Source: Escherichia coli (GTDB taxonomy: Bacteria; Pseudomonadota; Gammaproteobacteria; Enterobacterales; Enterobacteriaceae). Taken from it: DNA of 64,000 bases. The stretch lies in the NCBI RefSeq assembly GCF_003334785.1, contig NZ_QOWV01000004.1. The stretch is one strand, 5' to 3'. The position numbers were made by a program, and so were the translations under genes. Positions 25,296 through 39,900 of this stretch are shown here, piece by piece; position 1 is the first letter of the stretch, and each line of letters opens with the position of its first letter. The notes under the pieces are model-generated. The model was given only the letters and a program-made list of their open reading frames with translations, made no database searches and was not told where the DNA came from.

Positions 25296-26663
25296 ATGAA
25301 AAAACAAACCCAGCTGTTGAGTGCATTAGCGTTAAGTGTCGGGTTAACTCTCTCGGCGTCATTTCAGGCCGTCGCGTCGATTCCAGGCCAGGTTGCCGAT
25401 CAGGCCCCTCTCCCCAGTCTGGCTCCAATGCTGGAAAAAGTGCTTCCGGCAGTGGTGAGCGTACGGGTGGAAGGAACGGCCAGTCAGGGACAGAAAATCC
25501 CGGAAGAATTCAAAAAGTTTTTTGGTGATGATTTACCGGATCAACCTGCACAACCCTTCGAAGGTTTAGGCTCCGGTGTCATCATCAACGCCAGTAAAGG
25601 CTATGTGCTGACCAACAACCATGTGATTAATCAGGCACAGAAAATCAGTATTCAGCTCAATGATGGGCGCGAGTTTGATGCAAAACTGATTGGTAGCGAT
25701 GACCAGAGCGATATCGCCCTGTTACAAATTCAAAACCCGAGCAAATTAACGCAAATCGCTATTGCCGACTCCGATAAATTGCGCGTCGGTGATTTTGCCG
25801 TAGCGGTCGGTAACCCATTTGGCCTTGGGCAAACCGCCACCTCTGGCATTGTTTCCGCATTAGGCCGCAGCGGGTTGAATCTTGAAGGTCTGGAAAACTT
25901 TATCCAGACAGATGCTTCCATTAACCGCGGTAACTCCGGCGGTGCACTATTAAACCTTAACGGTGAGTTAATTGGCATCAACACTGCAATCCTTGCGCCT
26001 GGCGGCGGGAGCGTCGGGATTGGATTTGCCATCCCCAGTAATATGGCGCGAACACTGGCGCAGCAGCTTATCGACTTTGGTGAAATCAAACGCGGTTTGT
26101 TAGGCATCAAAGGCACCGAGATGAGTGCCGATATCGCCAAAGCCTTCAACCTTGACGTGCAGCGTGGCGCGTTTGTCAGCGAAGTGTTGCCAGGTTCTGG
26201 CTCGGCAAAAGCGGGCGTCAAAGCGGGCGATATTATTACCAGCCTCAACGGCAAACCGCTGAATAGCTTTGCTGAGTTGCGCTCTCGTATCGCGACCACC
26301 GAGCCGGGCACGAAAGTGAAGCTTGGCCTGCTGCGTAACGGCAAACCACTGGAAGTAGAAGTGACGCTCGATACCAGCACCTCTTCGTCGGCCAGCGCTG
26401 AAATGATCACGCCAGCGCTGGAAGGTGCAACGTTGAGCGATGGTCAGCTAAAAGATGGCGGCAAAGGTATTAAAATCGATGAAGTTGTCAAAGGAAGCCC
26501 AGCTGCTCAGGCTGGCTTGCAAAAAGACGATGTGATCATTGGCGTCAACCGCGATCGGGTGAACTCGATTGCTGAAATGCGTAAAGTGCTGGCGGCAAAA
26601 CCGGCCATCATCGCCCTGCAAATTGTACGCGGCAATGAAAGCATCTATCTGCTGATGCGTTAA
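25296..26663 (+). CDS. degQ: Periplasmic serine endoprotease DegQ (HtrA family), 455 aa
   Basis: ORF 25254..26663; start trimmed to ATG at 25296 (MKKQTQLL...); GNSGGAL serine-protease motif. Confidence 0.9.
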   Translation: MKKQTQLLSALALSVGLTLSASFQAVASIPGQVADQAPLPSLAPMLEKVLPAVVSVRVEGTASQGQKIPEEFKKFFGDDLPDQPAQPFEGLGSGVIINASKGYVLTNNHVINQAQKISIQLNDGREFDAKLIGSDDQSDIALLQIQNPSKLTQIAIADSDKLRVGDFAVAVGNPFGLGQTATSGIVSALGRSGLNLEGLENFIQTDASINRGNSGGALLNLNGELIGINTAILAPGGGSVGIGFAIPSNMARTLAQQLIDFGEIKRGLLGIKGTEMSADIAKAFNLDVQRGAFVSEVLPGSGSAKAGVKAGDIITSLNGKPLNSFAELRSRIATTEPGTKVKLGLLRNGKPLEVEVTLDTSTSSSASAEMITPALEGATLSDGQLKDGGKGIKIDEVVKGSPAAQAGLQKDDVIIGVNRDRVNSIAEMRKVLAAKPAIIALQIVRGNESIYLLMR

Positions 26664-26752
26664 TGTCGTAAACCGGGCATCAGGCTTACGTGTGATGTCC
26701 GGTTAACTCGTGGTATGCTGCTGCCGTTCCCTTTTTTAATGACGCCTCCATC

Positions 26753-27820
26753 ATGTTTGTGAAGCTCTTACGTTCCGTTGCGATTGGATTAATTGTCGGC
26801 GCTATTCTGCTGGTTGCCATGCCTTCGCTGCGCAGCCTTAACCCGCTTTCCACTCCGCAATTTGACAGTACCGATGAGACGCCTGCCAGCTATAATCTGG
26901 CGGTTCGCCGCGCCGCGCCAGCGGTGGTTAACGTTTACAACCGTGGTTTGAACACCAACTCTCACAACCAGCTTGAGATCCGCACCCTGGGATCCGGTGT
27001 AATCATGGATCAACGCGGTTATATCATCACCAATAAACACGTCATCAACGACGCCGATCAGATCATCGTCGCCTTACAGGATGGACGTGTATTTGAAGCA
27101 TTGCTGGTGGGATCTGACTCTCTAACCGATCTGGCGGTACTTAAAATTAATGCCACTGGCGGTTTACCTACCATTCCAATTAATGCACGTCGCGTACCGC
27201 ACATTGGCGACGTAGTACTGGCGATCGGTAACCCGTACAACCTCGGGCAGACCATTACCCAGGGGATTATTAGTGCCACGGGTCGAATCGGTCTGAACCC
27301 GACCGGGCGGCAAAACTTCCTCCAAACCGATGCTTCCATTAACCACGGTAACTCTGGCGGCGCGCTGGTGAACTCGCTGGGCGAACTGATGGGCATTAAT
27401 ACGCTGTCGTTTGATAAGAGTAACGATGGCGAAACGCCGGAAGGTATCGGCTTTGCGATTCCTTTCCAGTTAGCAACCAAAATTATGGATAAGCTGATCC
27501 GCGATGGTCGCGTGATCCGCGGCTACATTGGTATCGGCGGACGTGAGATCGCACCACTGCACGCGCAGGGCGGTGGTATAGATCAACTGCAAGGGATCGT
27601 GGTTAATGAAGTGTCACCTGACGGCCCGGCGGCGAATGCGGGTATTCAGGTCAACGATCTGATTATTTCGGTGGATAACAAACCGGCCATCTCTGCTCTG
27701 GAGACGATGGATCAGGTGGCGGAAATTCGCCCTGGTTCGGTGATCCCTGTAGTAGTGATGCGTGATGATAAGCAGTTAACGCTGCAGGTCACCATTCAGG
27801 AATATCCGGCAACCAATTAA
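26753..27820 (+). CDS. degS: Envelope-stress sensor protease DegS, 355 aa
   Basis: ORF 26753..27820; N-terminal TM anchor, GNSGGAL motif, one PDZ-like region. Confidence 0.9.
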   Translation: MFVKLLRSVAIGLIVGAILLVAMPSLRSLNPLSTPQFDSTDETPASYNLAVRRAAPAVVNVYNRGLNTNSHNQLEIRTLGSGVIMDQRGYIITNKHVINDADQIIVALQDGRVFEALLVGSDSLTDLAVLKINATGGLPTIPINARRVPHIGDVVLAIGNPYNLGQTITQGIISATGRIGLNPTGRQNFLQTDASINHGNSGGALVNSLGELMGINTLSFDKSNDGETPEGIGFAIPFQLATKIMDKLIRDGRVIRGYIGIGGREIAPLHAQGGGIDQLQGIVVNEVSPDGPAANAGIQVNDLIISVDNKPAISALETMDQVAEIRPGSVIPVVVMRDDKQLTLQVTIQEYPATN

Positions 27821-27836
27821 GTCGTGCGCTCAAAAC

Positions 27837-27866
27837 AAAAAACCGGAGTCTGTGCTCCGGTTTTTT
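27837..27866. terminator. Bidirectional terminator between degS and mdh
   Basis: aaaaaa-ccggag-tctgtg-ctccgg-tttttt. Confidence 0.6.
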
Positions 27867-27882
27867 ATTATCCGCTAATCAA

Positions 27883-28896
<1,014 letters not shown>

Positions 28897-29193
28897 TTAC
28901 AATGACCACATCTCAAGAATGTGTAGTCACGCAAGTTTAGCGTTTATGCATTTAATTGCCGTAATCAGGAACCTAACTTACGTAATTAACAGTCGCTTAT
29001 GCATTAGCGCAACATTCCAACAGGTGGTGACAATATACCCTACCGTTCAGCCAAAACAACATCAATTTGATAACAATTAATTTACTTTTAAGCAGAATTT
29101 GCATGCCGTGACGCAGGCATGTTTCTCAATAACGAAATTTGATAAAATCCCGCTCTTTCATAACATTATTTCAGCCTTCTTCAGGGCTGACTG

Positions 29194-29233
29194 TTTGCAT
29201 AAAAATTCATCTGTATGCACAATAATGTTGTAT
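29194..29233 (+). promoter_or_regulatory. Tandem ARG boxes (ArgR autoregulation) in the argR promoter
   Basis: tttgcataaaaattcatc and tatgcacaataatgttgtat match the TGAAT-N-ATTCA ARG-box consensus just upstream of argR. Confidence 0.6.
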
Positions 29234-29252
29234 CAACCACCATATCGGGTGA

Positions 29253-29726
<474 letters not shown>

Positions 29727-30090
29727 TCTCTGCCCCGTCGTTTCTGACGGCGGGGAAAATGTTGCTTATCCCTCTCAACCCCCTGCTTTCCCCTGCGATT
29801 AATTTAACGAATAGTGCGTTTTACTGCGACATGTCATTCACACAATGAATACATAAGGTAAAAAAAGCACATTATGCAAAATTCATTATCTAATTGAAAA
29901 AACTAGAATTAACGATAAATAACCGTATTTTTAATTCTTTTTTGTTATTAAAATTCACATTTTTAACACTTAGTATCAACTGAAACAGTTAGCGCGGTAT
30001 TAATTAGCTCAATAATTAGTGTATACTTGATTTTGTGATATGGGTCACGAAACAAAGGCCCAGCTAAAAGATTATGTCGAGGTAAAAATC

Positions 30091-30354
30091 ATGAAAATCA
30101 AAACCACTGTTGCTGCATTAAGCGTACTTTCTGTTCTCTCTTTCGGTGCATTCGCTGCCGACTCCATTGATGCTGCACAAGCACAAAATCGTGAAGCAAT
30201 CGGGACCGTATCCGTAAGTGGTGTGGCGTCTTCGCCAATGGATATGCGTGAAATGCTGAACAAAAAAGCGGAAGAGAAAGGCGCAACGGCCTACCAGATT
30301 ACTGAAGCTCGTAGCGGTGACACCTGGCACGCTACGGCTGAACTGTACAAATAA
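30091..30354 (+). CDS. yhcN: Small periplasmic stress protein (YdgH/BhsA/McbA-like, DUF1471), 87 aa
   Basis: ORF 30040..30354; start trimmed to ATG at 30091 (MKIKTTVAALSVLSVLSFGAFA...). Confidence 0.8.
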   Translation: MKIKTTVAALSVLSVLSFGAFAADSIDAAQAQNREAIGTVSVSGVASSPMDMREMLNKKAEEKGATAYQITEARSGDTWHATAELYK

Positions 30355-30381
30355 ACCCTCATCGTCTTGTCCGACGATATT

Positions 30382-30407
30382 GCCCCCGGTTCGGGGGCTT
30401 TTTTTTG
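30382..30407 (+). terminator. Rho-independent terminator after yhcN
   Basis: gccccc-ggttc-gggggc followed by eight T. Confidence 0.6.
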
Positions 30408-30409
30408 CG

Positions 30410-30682
30410 CTAATGACGAACATTAAAACGCAAATGCCCTTCCAGCTCTTCCTCTGCCTCATCAAACAGCAATATTAACGCGCCAAAACGGCGACGCGTT
30501 TTCTCTCCCAGATGAACAAATTCAATCTCAAGTGGTAGCGGCAGGACATCGTTCATTAACACATCCCATAGTGAGTCGAGATCGCGTACCTTATCTTTCG
30601 CCAGACCAAAGGTTTGGCTAAAGTCACGATAAAAATCCTCCTGACTCTCAATCTCATCAAAATCAAAGGTATAAATATTCAT
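30410..30682 (-). CDS. yhcO: Barstar-like (RNase inhibitor family) protein, 90 aa
   Basis: ORF 30410..30682 minus; small acidic protein; family assignment from recalled YhcO annotation. Confidence 0.75.
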   Translation of the reverse strand: MNIYTFDFDEIESQEDFYRDFSQTFGLAKDKVRDLDSLWDVLMNDVLPLPLEIEFVHLGEKTRRRFGALILLFDEAEEELEGHLRFNVRH

Positions 30683-30773
30683 CTGTTGCCACCGTCACGT
30701 TTCGCGGCGAGTTCTGCCGTGCATCGCTAAGTATAGCCATGAAAAAACCGACGCTTTTGGCGTCGGTTTTGAC

Positions 30774-32741
30774 TTAACTATCGGTCAACGCATGTTGATA
30801 CTTATGGAGCATCCCCGCCAGCCGATTTACCGGTTCCGTCACCTGCGGTGGCGCTTGCCAGATGCGTAGCTTTTCCTGGTAGATTTCCAGTTCTTCCAGC
30901 AACTGGCCAAAGTACCGACGACGTTTATCATCGCTACGGGCAGATATCACATGGTCTGCTGTGCGGCGCATTTGTCGGTGAAACGCCGATAAATCCTCGT
31001 TAACCGGGATCGGTGCATCACGCAGGCGCTGGTGCGCGATAATCATCGTCAGCGCCAGGCGAAATTTCGGCAAATCCCCTGGGAACTTATTCATCAGCAA
31101 AAACAGCTGCTGATAAAGTGCCGGGAGGTGGTTCTCTTTACGACGTGCCACATTGGTAGTCATCGCGGAAACAGCGGCAGAAACAAACTGATTAAGCAGT
31201 ACACGTCCGGTCCTGTCGCGCGATTTATCCCGCACCAGCAAAATAACGGTGAACGCGAGCACACAGCCGACGATTTGCCCTAATGCGCTGTCGAGAAACT
31301 GACTGAAATGGAAAGTCATCGGGTTATCCAGCACGATAATATTTATGGTGCTGGCCAGTGCCCCCATCGAGCCCAGTCGCCGTTTCTGTACTTCTATACC
31401 GAGGAAGAATCCCAGCACTGCCAGGCTAATGCACAGCAGCAACATGCTCTGTTGGGTATTAGGGATAATCACCAAAAAGTAGAGCAGCCCTAACGGCAGC
31501 GCGGCCAGCGTCCCGTAGATAAAGTCGATCGCCACCATGCGTGGATTCGGCAAACGCATTGCCAGTGACGTCACTACCGCAATCATCACCATTGCACCAC
31601 TGCCGGAAGTCCAGCCCGTCCACAGCCAGAAAAGCGTGCCCAGAATGCAGGAAAGTGTGGTTCGCCAGAAGTTAACCATTGCATGATGACGTTCGGCTGA
31701 CTCTACTTTTACTTCCGGTTCGCCTTGCAGGATCTCTTCTTCGGTGGCGTTGATTTTTGTGTTACTGATAACGCCGCGCTTGAGAAGCTGATAACGCGTT
31801 GCCGCCGCGACCCAGCTATAAATGGTGACAGGCGTTTCCCGTTCCCCGGTCCAGGCGATAACTCTCCGCAGGCGTTTGAGCTGCTTGTGGACGTCCTGCG
31901 CGGTTTCTACCGGCGTGTCAAAAAATTCGCGGAAAGTATCAGTGATCAATTCCGGGCGCGTATTCTGAATAAGATAAGTTTCGCAGGATTGGGTAATCAG
32001 CGTCAGCGATAGCGTATTGATCGCTTTTAAACGTCGATTGGCCCGCGCCCAGCGGGAAGATTCCATATTCAGGTTGCTGCGCATGCCTTGTAGCGCCGTG
32101 GTGCGTCGCACCAGGTCGCCCCAGGCTTTATCGACAACTTCACCATCGCCATGCTTGATACAGAGTTGCATTAATTGATATTGCGCGACCAGCAAACTTT
32201 CCAGCTCTCGATCCACTTCTTGTTTGATCGATCGCGGAGAAAAGAGCAAATCCGCCATAATCGCACACACAATACCGATAACGATCTCGCTACAACGTTC
32301 GACGGCAAACTGCGGCGTAAGCAATGGTTCCGGCTGAATGGTGATCACAATGATCAGCGCGGTATAACCGGCCAGCCCCCACGCATACGAGTTTTCTATT
32401 CGTACCAGCGAGGATATCCAGGTACAAAAACCGGCCCAGATACAGCACACCAGAATCATCAATAATGGTGCGCGGATCATCGCAATGATGATCACCAGTC
32501 CGGCAATACAGCCAATAAATGTGCCGATGATGCGCAAAAAGCCACGATAGCGAATAGCGCCAGAATACGGTTCACCTCCCGCAGCAAAGGCCGGACCGGC
32601 GGCAACAATCGCCGCTGTCAGTACCGCCCAGCGTGGCGTTTCCAGCTGGAAGTGAAAGCCAACAAACAGCGCCAGTACAATGGCGGTCGCCAGTTTTACC
32701 GCAAAGCGAATATGTTGGTTAGCAATGGAGAAAATACCCAT
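30774..32741 (-). CDS. aaeB: p-Hydroxybenzoic acid efflux pump subunit AaeB, 655 aa
   Basis: ORF 30774..32741 minus; two hydrophobic blocks. Confidence 0.9.
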   Translation of the reverse strand: MGIFSIANQHIRFAVKLATAIVLALFVGFHFQLETPRWAVLTAAIVAAGPAFAAGGEPYSGAIRYRGFLRIIGTFIGCIAGLVIIIAMIRAPLLMILVCCIWAGFCTWISSLVRIENSYAWGLAGYTALIIVITIQPEPLLTPQFAVERCSEIVIGIVCAIMADLLFSPRSIKQEVDRELESLLVAQYQLMQLCIKHGDGEVVDKAWGDLVRRTTALQGMRSNLNMESSRWARANRRLKAINTLSLTLITQSCETYLIQNTRPELITDTFREFFDTPVETAQDVHKQLKRLRRVIAWTGERETPVTIYSWVAAATRYQLLKRGVISNTKINATEEEILQGEPEVKVESAERHHAMVNFWRTTLSCILGTLFWLWTGWTSGSGAMVMIAVVTSLAMRLPNPRMVAIDFIYGTLAALPLGLLYFLVIIPNTQQSMLLLCISLAVLGFFLGIEVQKRRLGSMGALASTINIIVLDNPMTFHFSQFLDSALGQIVGCVLAFTVILLVRDKSRDRTGRVLLNQFVSAAVSAMTTNVARRKENHLPALYQQLFLLMNKFPGDLPKFRLALTMIIAHQRLRDAPIPVNEDLSAFHRQMRRTADHVISARSDDKRRRYFGQLLEELEIYQEKLRIWQAPPQVTEPVNRLAGMLHKYQHALTDS

Positions 32742-32746
32742 CGTGA

Positions 32747-33679
32747 TTAACCAAACTCACGCAGGCGATGGGCCATTTTACGGAAGAACGAATCCTGGCT
32801 TTCGTCGCGATCTTGTTTGCCAGTGACCACCACTGTAGCAGTGGTGCCCGCAGGCCAGATGTTCTCTTGCTGGTTGTCGAGACGAATACGAACCGGAACA
32901 CGTTGCGCAAGACGCACCCATTCAAGGTTAGAGTCTATAGTCGCCATCCCTTTGTCGTCACGCGTGCTGCTGGCGTTGGTGACCCCTGCGGCAACACTAT
33001 CAACAGTCCCTTTCAGCACTTTGTTACTGCCAAGCGGCGTGATCTCTGCACGATACCCCGGACGCACCCCTTCCAGCTTAGTTTCTTCCATATAGGCCAG
33101 TACATAGAAGGAGTTCTGTTTCACCAGCGCAACCGCCGTTGATCCTCGAGTAATAAACTCACCGGTATAGACGTTGAGGTTGGTCACCCAGCCATCTGCT
33201 GGCGCGCGGATCACCGTGCGTTCAAGATCCAGTTTTGCCAGATCGCGGGTCGCCTGCGCTTTCGCTAACTGATGCAGAACCGTTTGTAGTACGTTGTTGG
33301 CCTGGTCGATCTCTTCGCGAGACATCGCCTGCACACCGAGACGGTTACGACGTCCGGCCTCCTGGCGTTTCTCCTGTGCCAGTACCTGATAATAAGCAAC
33401 ATCGGCTTGCGCTTCCTCAAGCGCCTTTTGATAGCGCGGCTGGTCGATGGTGAACAGTATCTGTCCTTTTTTCACCAGCTGGTTATCATGAACATTCACC
33501 TGGGTAATGAGTCCAGAAACGTCCGGCGCGATCGCAACGACGTCAGCGCTAAAGCGCGCGTCACGCGTCCAGGGGGATTCGGTGTAATAGACCCAGGCAT
33601 TAAAAATTGCGATGAAGGCCAGAATGACTAATACGACCGTGATGGCCGTACGGGAGAATTTTCTTATTAGTGTTTTCAC
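32747..33679 (-). CDS. aaeA: Efflux pump membrane-fusion subunit AaeA, 310 aa
   Basis: ORF 32747..33679 minus; N-terminal TM then HlyD-like region. Confidence 0.9.
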
Positions 33680-33686
33680 TTCAACC

Positions 33687-33890
33687 TCAAACGAACAGTC
33701 GCGATATCAAATAAAACAAGCAGCAATAGAGCGCGGTGTTGAACAACGCCGGATGCCAGACAAAGTCGTAGATACCTGTTGGCACAAGTACCCGGCGCAC
33801 CAGCCAGAAAATCGCCAGTGATAAAAGCAATTCAAAAAATATCGGTGGGAAGGACAGCCCAAACACCACGATAACGGGAAACAGACTCAT
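33687..33890 (-). CDS. aaeX: Small membrane protein AaeX, 67 aa
   Basis: ORF 33687..33959; start trimmed to ATG at 33890 ([14 protein letters not shown]...). Confidence 0.75.
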
Positions 33891-34072
33891 GTTGACCTTG
33901 GTTGTAAAGAGAGAGCAGGCGTTATTATTTTCAGCATCTGTCGCCGCAGAGAAGGGCATGGAAAGCCGGGCGAGAGCAACATTGCTGTAGATTGATATTT
34001 AATATATTAGCGTAACTGTTATGCTGTTATCTATATTATGTGATCTAAATCACTTTTAAGTCAGAGTGAATA

Positions 34073-35002
34073 ATGGAACGACTAAAACGCATGTCGGTGT
34101 TTGCCAAAGTAGTTGAATTTGGCTCTTTTACCGCCGCCGCCAGACAGCTACAGATGAGCGTTTCGTCCATCAGTCAGACGGTATCAAAACTGGAAGATGA
34201 GTTGCAGGTAAAGCTGTTAAACCGTAGCACACGCAGCATTGGCCTGACCGAAGCCGGTAGAATTTACTACCAGGGCTGCCGTCGTATGCTTCATGAAGTG
34301 CAGGATGTTCATGAGCAACTGTATGCCTTCAATAACACCCCCATCGGGACGCTACGCATTGGCTGTTCTTCAACTATGGCACAAAATGTTCTCGCCGGGC
34401 TGACAGCCAAAATGCTGAAAGAATACCCAGGTTTGAGCGTCAATCTGGTTACCGGAATTCCAGCCCCCGACCTGATTGCCGACGGTCTGGATGTGGTGAT
34501 CCGCGTCGGCGCGTTGCAGGATTCCAGCCTGTTTTCCCGCCGTCTGGGCGCGATGCCAATGGTGGTGTGCGCCGCGAAAAGCTATCTCACACAATACGGC
34601 ATACCGGAAAAACCCGCCGATTTGAGTAGTCATTCATGGCTTGAATACAGCGTGCGGCCCGACAATGAATTTGAACTGATCGCACCGGAAGGGATCTCGA
34701 CTCGCCTGATCCCACAAGGAAGATTTGTGACTAATGATCCGATGACGCTGGTGCGCTGGCTGACGGCGGGTGCCGGGATCGCCTACGTGCCGCTGATGTG
34801 GGTGATCAACGAGATCAATCGTGGGGAGCTGGAGATCCTGCTGCCGCGTTACCAGTCAGATCCACGCCCGGTTTATGCGTTATATACCGAAAAAGATAAG
34901 CTGCCGCTGAAGGTACAGGTCGTGATCAACTCGCTGACGGATTATTTTGTTGAGGTCGGTAAATTGTTTCAGGAGATGCACGGGCGCGGGAAAGAGAAGT
35001 AA
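34073..35002 (+). CDS. aaeR: LysR-family activator of aaeXAB, 309 aa
   Basis: ORF 34073..35002; divergent from aaeXAB; N-terminal HTH. Confidence 0.9.
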   Translation: MERLKRMSVFAKVVEFGSFTAAARQLQMSVSSISQTVSKLEDELQVKLLNRSTRSIGLTEAGRIYYQGCRRMLHEVQDVHEQLYAFNNTPIGTLRIGCSSTMAQNVLAGLTAKMLKEYPGLSVNLVTGIPAPDLIADGLDVVIRVGALQDSSLFSRRLGAMPMVVCAAKSYLTQYGIPEKPADLSSHSWLEYSVRPDNEFELIAPEGISTRLIPQGRFVTNDPMTLVRWLTAGAGIAYVPLMWVINEINRGELEILLPRYQSDPRPVYALYTEKDKLPLKVQVVINSLTDYFVEVGKLFQEMHGRGKEK

Positions 35003-35059
35003 TTCATATTGTACTGTTACGTTGTACAAACCTGTGCCAACGGGTTCCCCTCACCCTAA

Positions 35060-35083
35060 CCCTCACCCCAAAGGGGCGAGGGG
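35060..35083. repeat. GC-rich hairpin ccctcacccc-aaa-ggggcgaggg between convergent aaeR and tldD
   Basis: 10-bp arms with one mismatch; related to copy at 17198..17229. Confidence 0.4.
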
Positions 35084-35135
35084 ACCGTTCGTGCACGTAG
35101 AAAGATTAATTATCCTTCTGAAAATAGTGAAATTA

Positions 35136-36596
<1,461 letters not shown>

Positions 36597-36625
36597 TTAG
36601 TTACTGCAGTAGAGGATTTTTTACG

Positions 36626-36848
36626 GCTGCCGGATGCGGCGTGAACGCCCTATCCAGCCTACGGTTATGTTCCGGTTTGTAGGCCTGATAAGACGCACAG
36701 CGTCGCATCAGGCAACGGCTGTCGGATGCGGCGTAAACGCCTTATCCGACCTACGGTTATGTTCCGTTTGTAGGCCTGATAAGACGCACAGCGTCGCATC
36801 AGGCAACGGCTGCCGGATGCGGCGTGAACGCCCTATCCGACCTACGGT
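36626..36848. repeat. BIME: five REP units in alternating orientation
   Basis: Repeated gccggatgcggcgtgaacgcc(c/t)tatccgacctac alternating with tgtaggcctgataagacgcacagcgtcgcatcaggca; canonical E. coli REP sequence. Confidence 0.85.
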
Positions 36849-36919
36849 TATGTTCTGGCTCGTTGGCCTTTGGCAACGATTATCCTATGAGATTGGGGCA
36901 ATTACGCGCCCTCGTCAAA

Positions 36920-39900
36920 TCATTGCGCTTTTTCTTTACGCGGTTGGCGCAACACTTCGTTGATTTGCGGATCGTCCAGCGGACCCGAAATGTGATAGCG
37001 CAAAATGGAGACTTTGCTCCACAGCGGCCCCAGCACTTTACTGGCGGCAAACACTGCCGCGCCAACAATGGGGTTAACCGCAAAAGCCGCAGCCACGCCC
37101 ACCGTCGCAGAAATCTCTGGTGCGACAACCGCTTCCATATTCAGGTCGCGACGTACCAGATTTACCGACCCTTTCATGGCGATATCCGCCTCCAGGCCAT
37201 CCACCAGCGTGTCGTCGGTGTGCATAACGCCGTCTTTAATCCACGCGGTGCTGCGAATGGAGTCAAAATAGAACCCTTCGCCAAAAGTGTCTCTGAAATC
37301 AAAACGCAGCTTACGCATCAGGGCATCTACGCTCAATAAGCGCAGCAATTGCCCGGCATGTCCGGTATTGATTTCGGTAATTTCGCCTTTACCCAGTTGA
37401 GTATGAATGATGCCATTCAACGTCGCTTCATCTGGCTGCCAGGGTGCTTTGCGCCAGTGTAAATCGTAATCCACATTAAATGACGACTGGCGTATGGGCG
37501 TCGTGACACCAAAAAATTCTGCGGCGGCATCAATTTTCTGCCCGCGCAGTTTTCCTTTCAGCGAGGTACGTTCATTCCCCGGATTATTAACCCATTCACC
37601 ATCGGCAGTAAGCCGCGAGAAACCAGTATCAATCAGTCCATTGGTCAGCGTTAACGTATCGCCAGAAATGGTGATATCACTGTCAATGCGACCGAATTTT
37701 TGCCCCCAGAACCAGCACTCTGTGCATCGTATTTGGGCGTCCGGCCAGCCACGGAAGTTAATGCGCTCCGTTGTCGGGAAAGGTGATGACGGCGTTGAAT
37801 CACCACGAGTTTTCGCCACGCTCGGGTTGTAATAAAGATATTTGATATTCGCCAGCCACGGCGCGTTATTACGCATCGCTAGCGTGGCGTTGATTTCACG
37901 CCCTTGCGCTTCAACCAGGGTGCCATTTGCCGTCGGTTGCGAAACAATACTCAGGTTATTCCATTGCTGATTTCCCAGTGACAACATAGGCGTACGTAAC
38001 GTTATGTGTTGTGGGAAACTCGCTGCACCACCGACACTCTCCGCAGCGCCTTTCTGGAACAGGGCCAGCCACTCGGCACCATTCATCGGCGGCATATTGA
38101 GTTCAACGCCACTTTGTTCCGGCAACGGCGGGAGCGTTTTACTGTCTGCCGCCCAAATAGCACGATCGAGCGTCAGCTTTTGACCGAGCAACCAGCGGCT
38201 ATTGAAATGATTATCCGCACCAGCCTGTCCGGTTAATTCAAAGCTGTTGAGATTGCCATCAACCTTAACGTTTACCGCTAGTGGTTCACCCGCAGGTTTG
38301 GCTAACGGTGAAGGTAAGTGACTGCTCACATTCTTTAGATCGCCGTTCAGCTCTATGTTATAGGTCGCACCAGCATGATAAGGCAGATCAATGCCCACTT
38401 TACCATCCCACGCCACGCTGCCACTCAATGCTTCGTTCACCGCTTCAGGCAGAACGCCGGTTTTCGCCGGTTGCCAGTTACCGTTGAGGTTTACCGCTAC
38501 CTGGTAGGCTTTTGCCCCTTCTTTGGTGGAAAAATCCACGTTCAACGGCTGATTAAACCAGCTTGCTGTCAGTGGTTCACTTTGCAGATCGCTATTGATA
38601 AAGCTGAATTTACCGCTCAAATTTTTCAGGGTGCTGTCGAGTGGTTTGATAAACAGACTGTTATTACGCAGCGTCACTTCACCTTTCGCGGTTACCAGTT
38701 CGCCGTTCAGCGGGATATCAAGATGTAAGCGAGCATTCACATCGCCGTCGAGCTGGAGTTCTTGCAGGGTCGCACCCAGAGAATCTTTCAGCGGTGTCTC
38801 ATCAAAGTAAGGGCCAACGGCTTTACCCGGACCTTTAATGTCAGCGTCAATCAGCAGTTTTTCTTTTGAGTAGTCAGGGATCACTGCGGTAAGATTACTC
38901 GCGCGCACGCCGCCCAGATTAACGCCATCGGTTTTCATCCATAAACCGTCGTTAATAAAGTCCAGTTCAATATCAAGGTTAGTTAATGCAGGCCAGTCCG
39001 GCTGGAAGGCAAACTTCGCGTTGCGCAGCGGCACCAGCACTTCAAACTGACCTTCGTTGTGTTTATAGGGGAAGAGTTGCGGATTGCCACCATAAACCAG
39101 CGTCGCGTTATCCGCTTCACCGCCCTGAATCGCGCCACTTAAGTAATCAACCAGGTCTTTACCCATCAAGTTTTCCGGGAAATAGCGCCAGGCTTGTGAA
39201 CCATCATCGGTACTGATGCCAGCCAGAATACCCAGCCAGGGTTCATCGTTAGCAGGTTGCAGGTAACGAAAACCGCCGCGCGCATGGACGGCTTTGGCTT
39301 TAACGTCAATATTACGCCCATCCAGCTGGAAACCTTTGTTATTGTTCAGCCAGCTTATAGTTGCCTGGCCGTCGGCGATTTCTAGTGGCGCACGGAATAC
39401 CGTTTCGTAAGGCATCTTTGCCTGCTTCATCGACGCGGTAAGCAAACCATTTTCAACGCTGCCGGAAAGCGTCCCGGAGAAGTGTTCCGCACCCGGTAAT
39501 AATTTCCATTGCTTCCAGGCCAGATCGCTCCACGATGCCTGAAAACGGGTCTTGTCTGCCGCCTGAAGCGGGATATCCAGCGCCAGAGTGTTAATCTTGC
39601 CGCTCGGTTGTGTGGAGCGCCAAACATCACCCAGTGCAGGTGAAAGTTTCGCGGCCAGCGGGCGTATGCCCTCCAGGCCTGCCAGCTCCAGATTACTGGC
39701 GCGAATCCGGAGTTCGTCACTGCGTTTATTGTCTTTGCCGCCAACGTCCTGTTCCGGTATCCAGGCCAGCGTCAATGCTCCGCTCGGCCAGGGTTTGCCG
39801 TCCATCGTGATCCGTGTATCGGGAATAGAGAACTGCCAGCCCGGATTTTCACGCGTAATATGCGCGGTCAGATTATCCACCGACAGCGTATGCGTTTGCT

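Noticed and set aside
36634-37128. ORFs of 109 and 171 aa overlapping the REP cluster
   Set aside because: They are translations of REP/BIME repeats and of the antisense of the yhdP 3' end.
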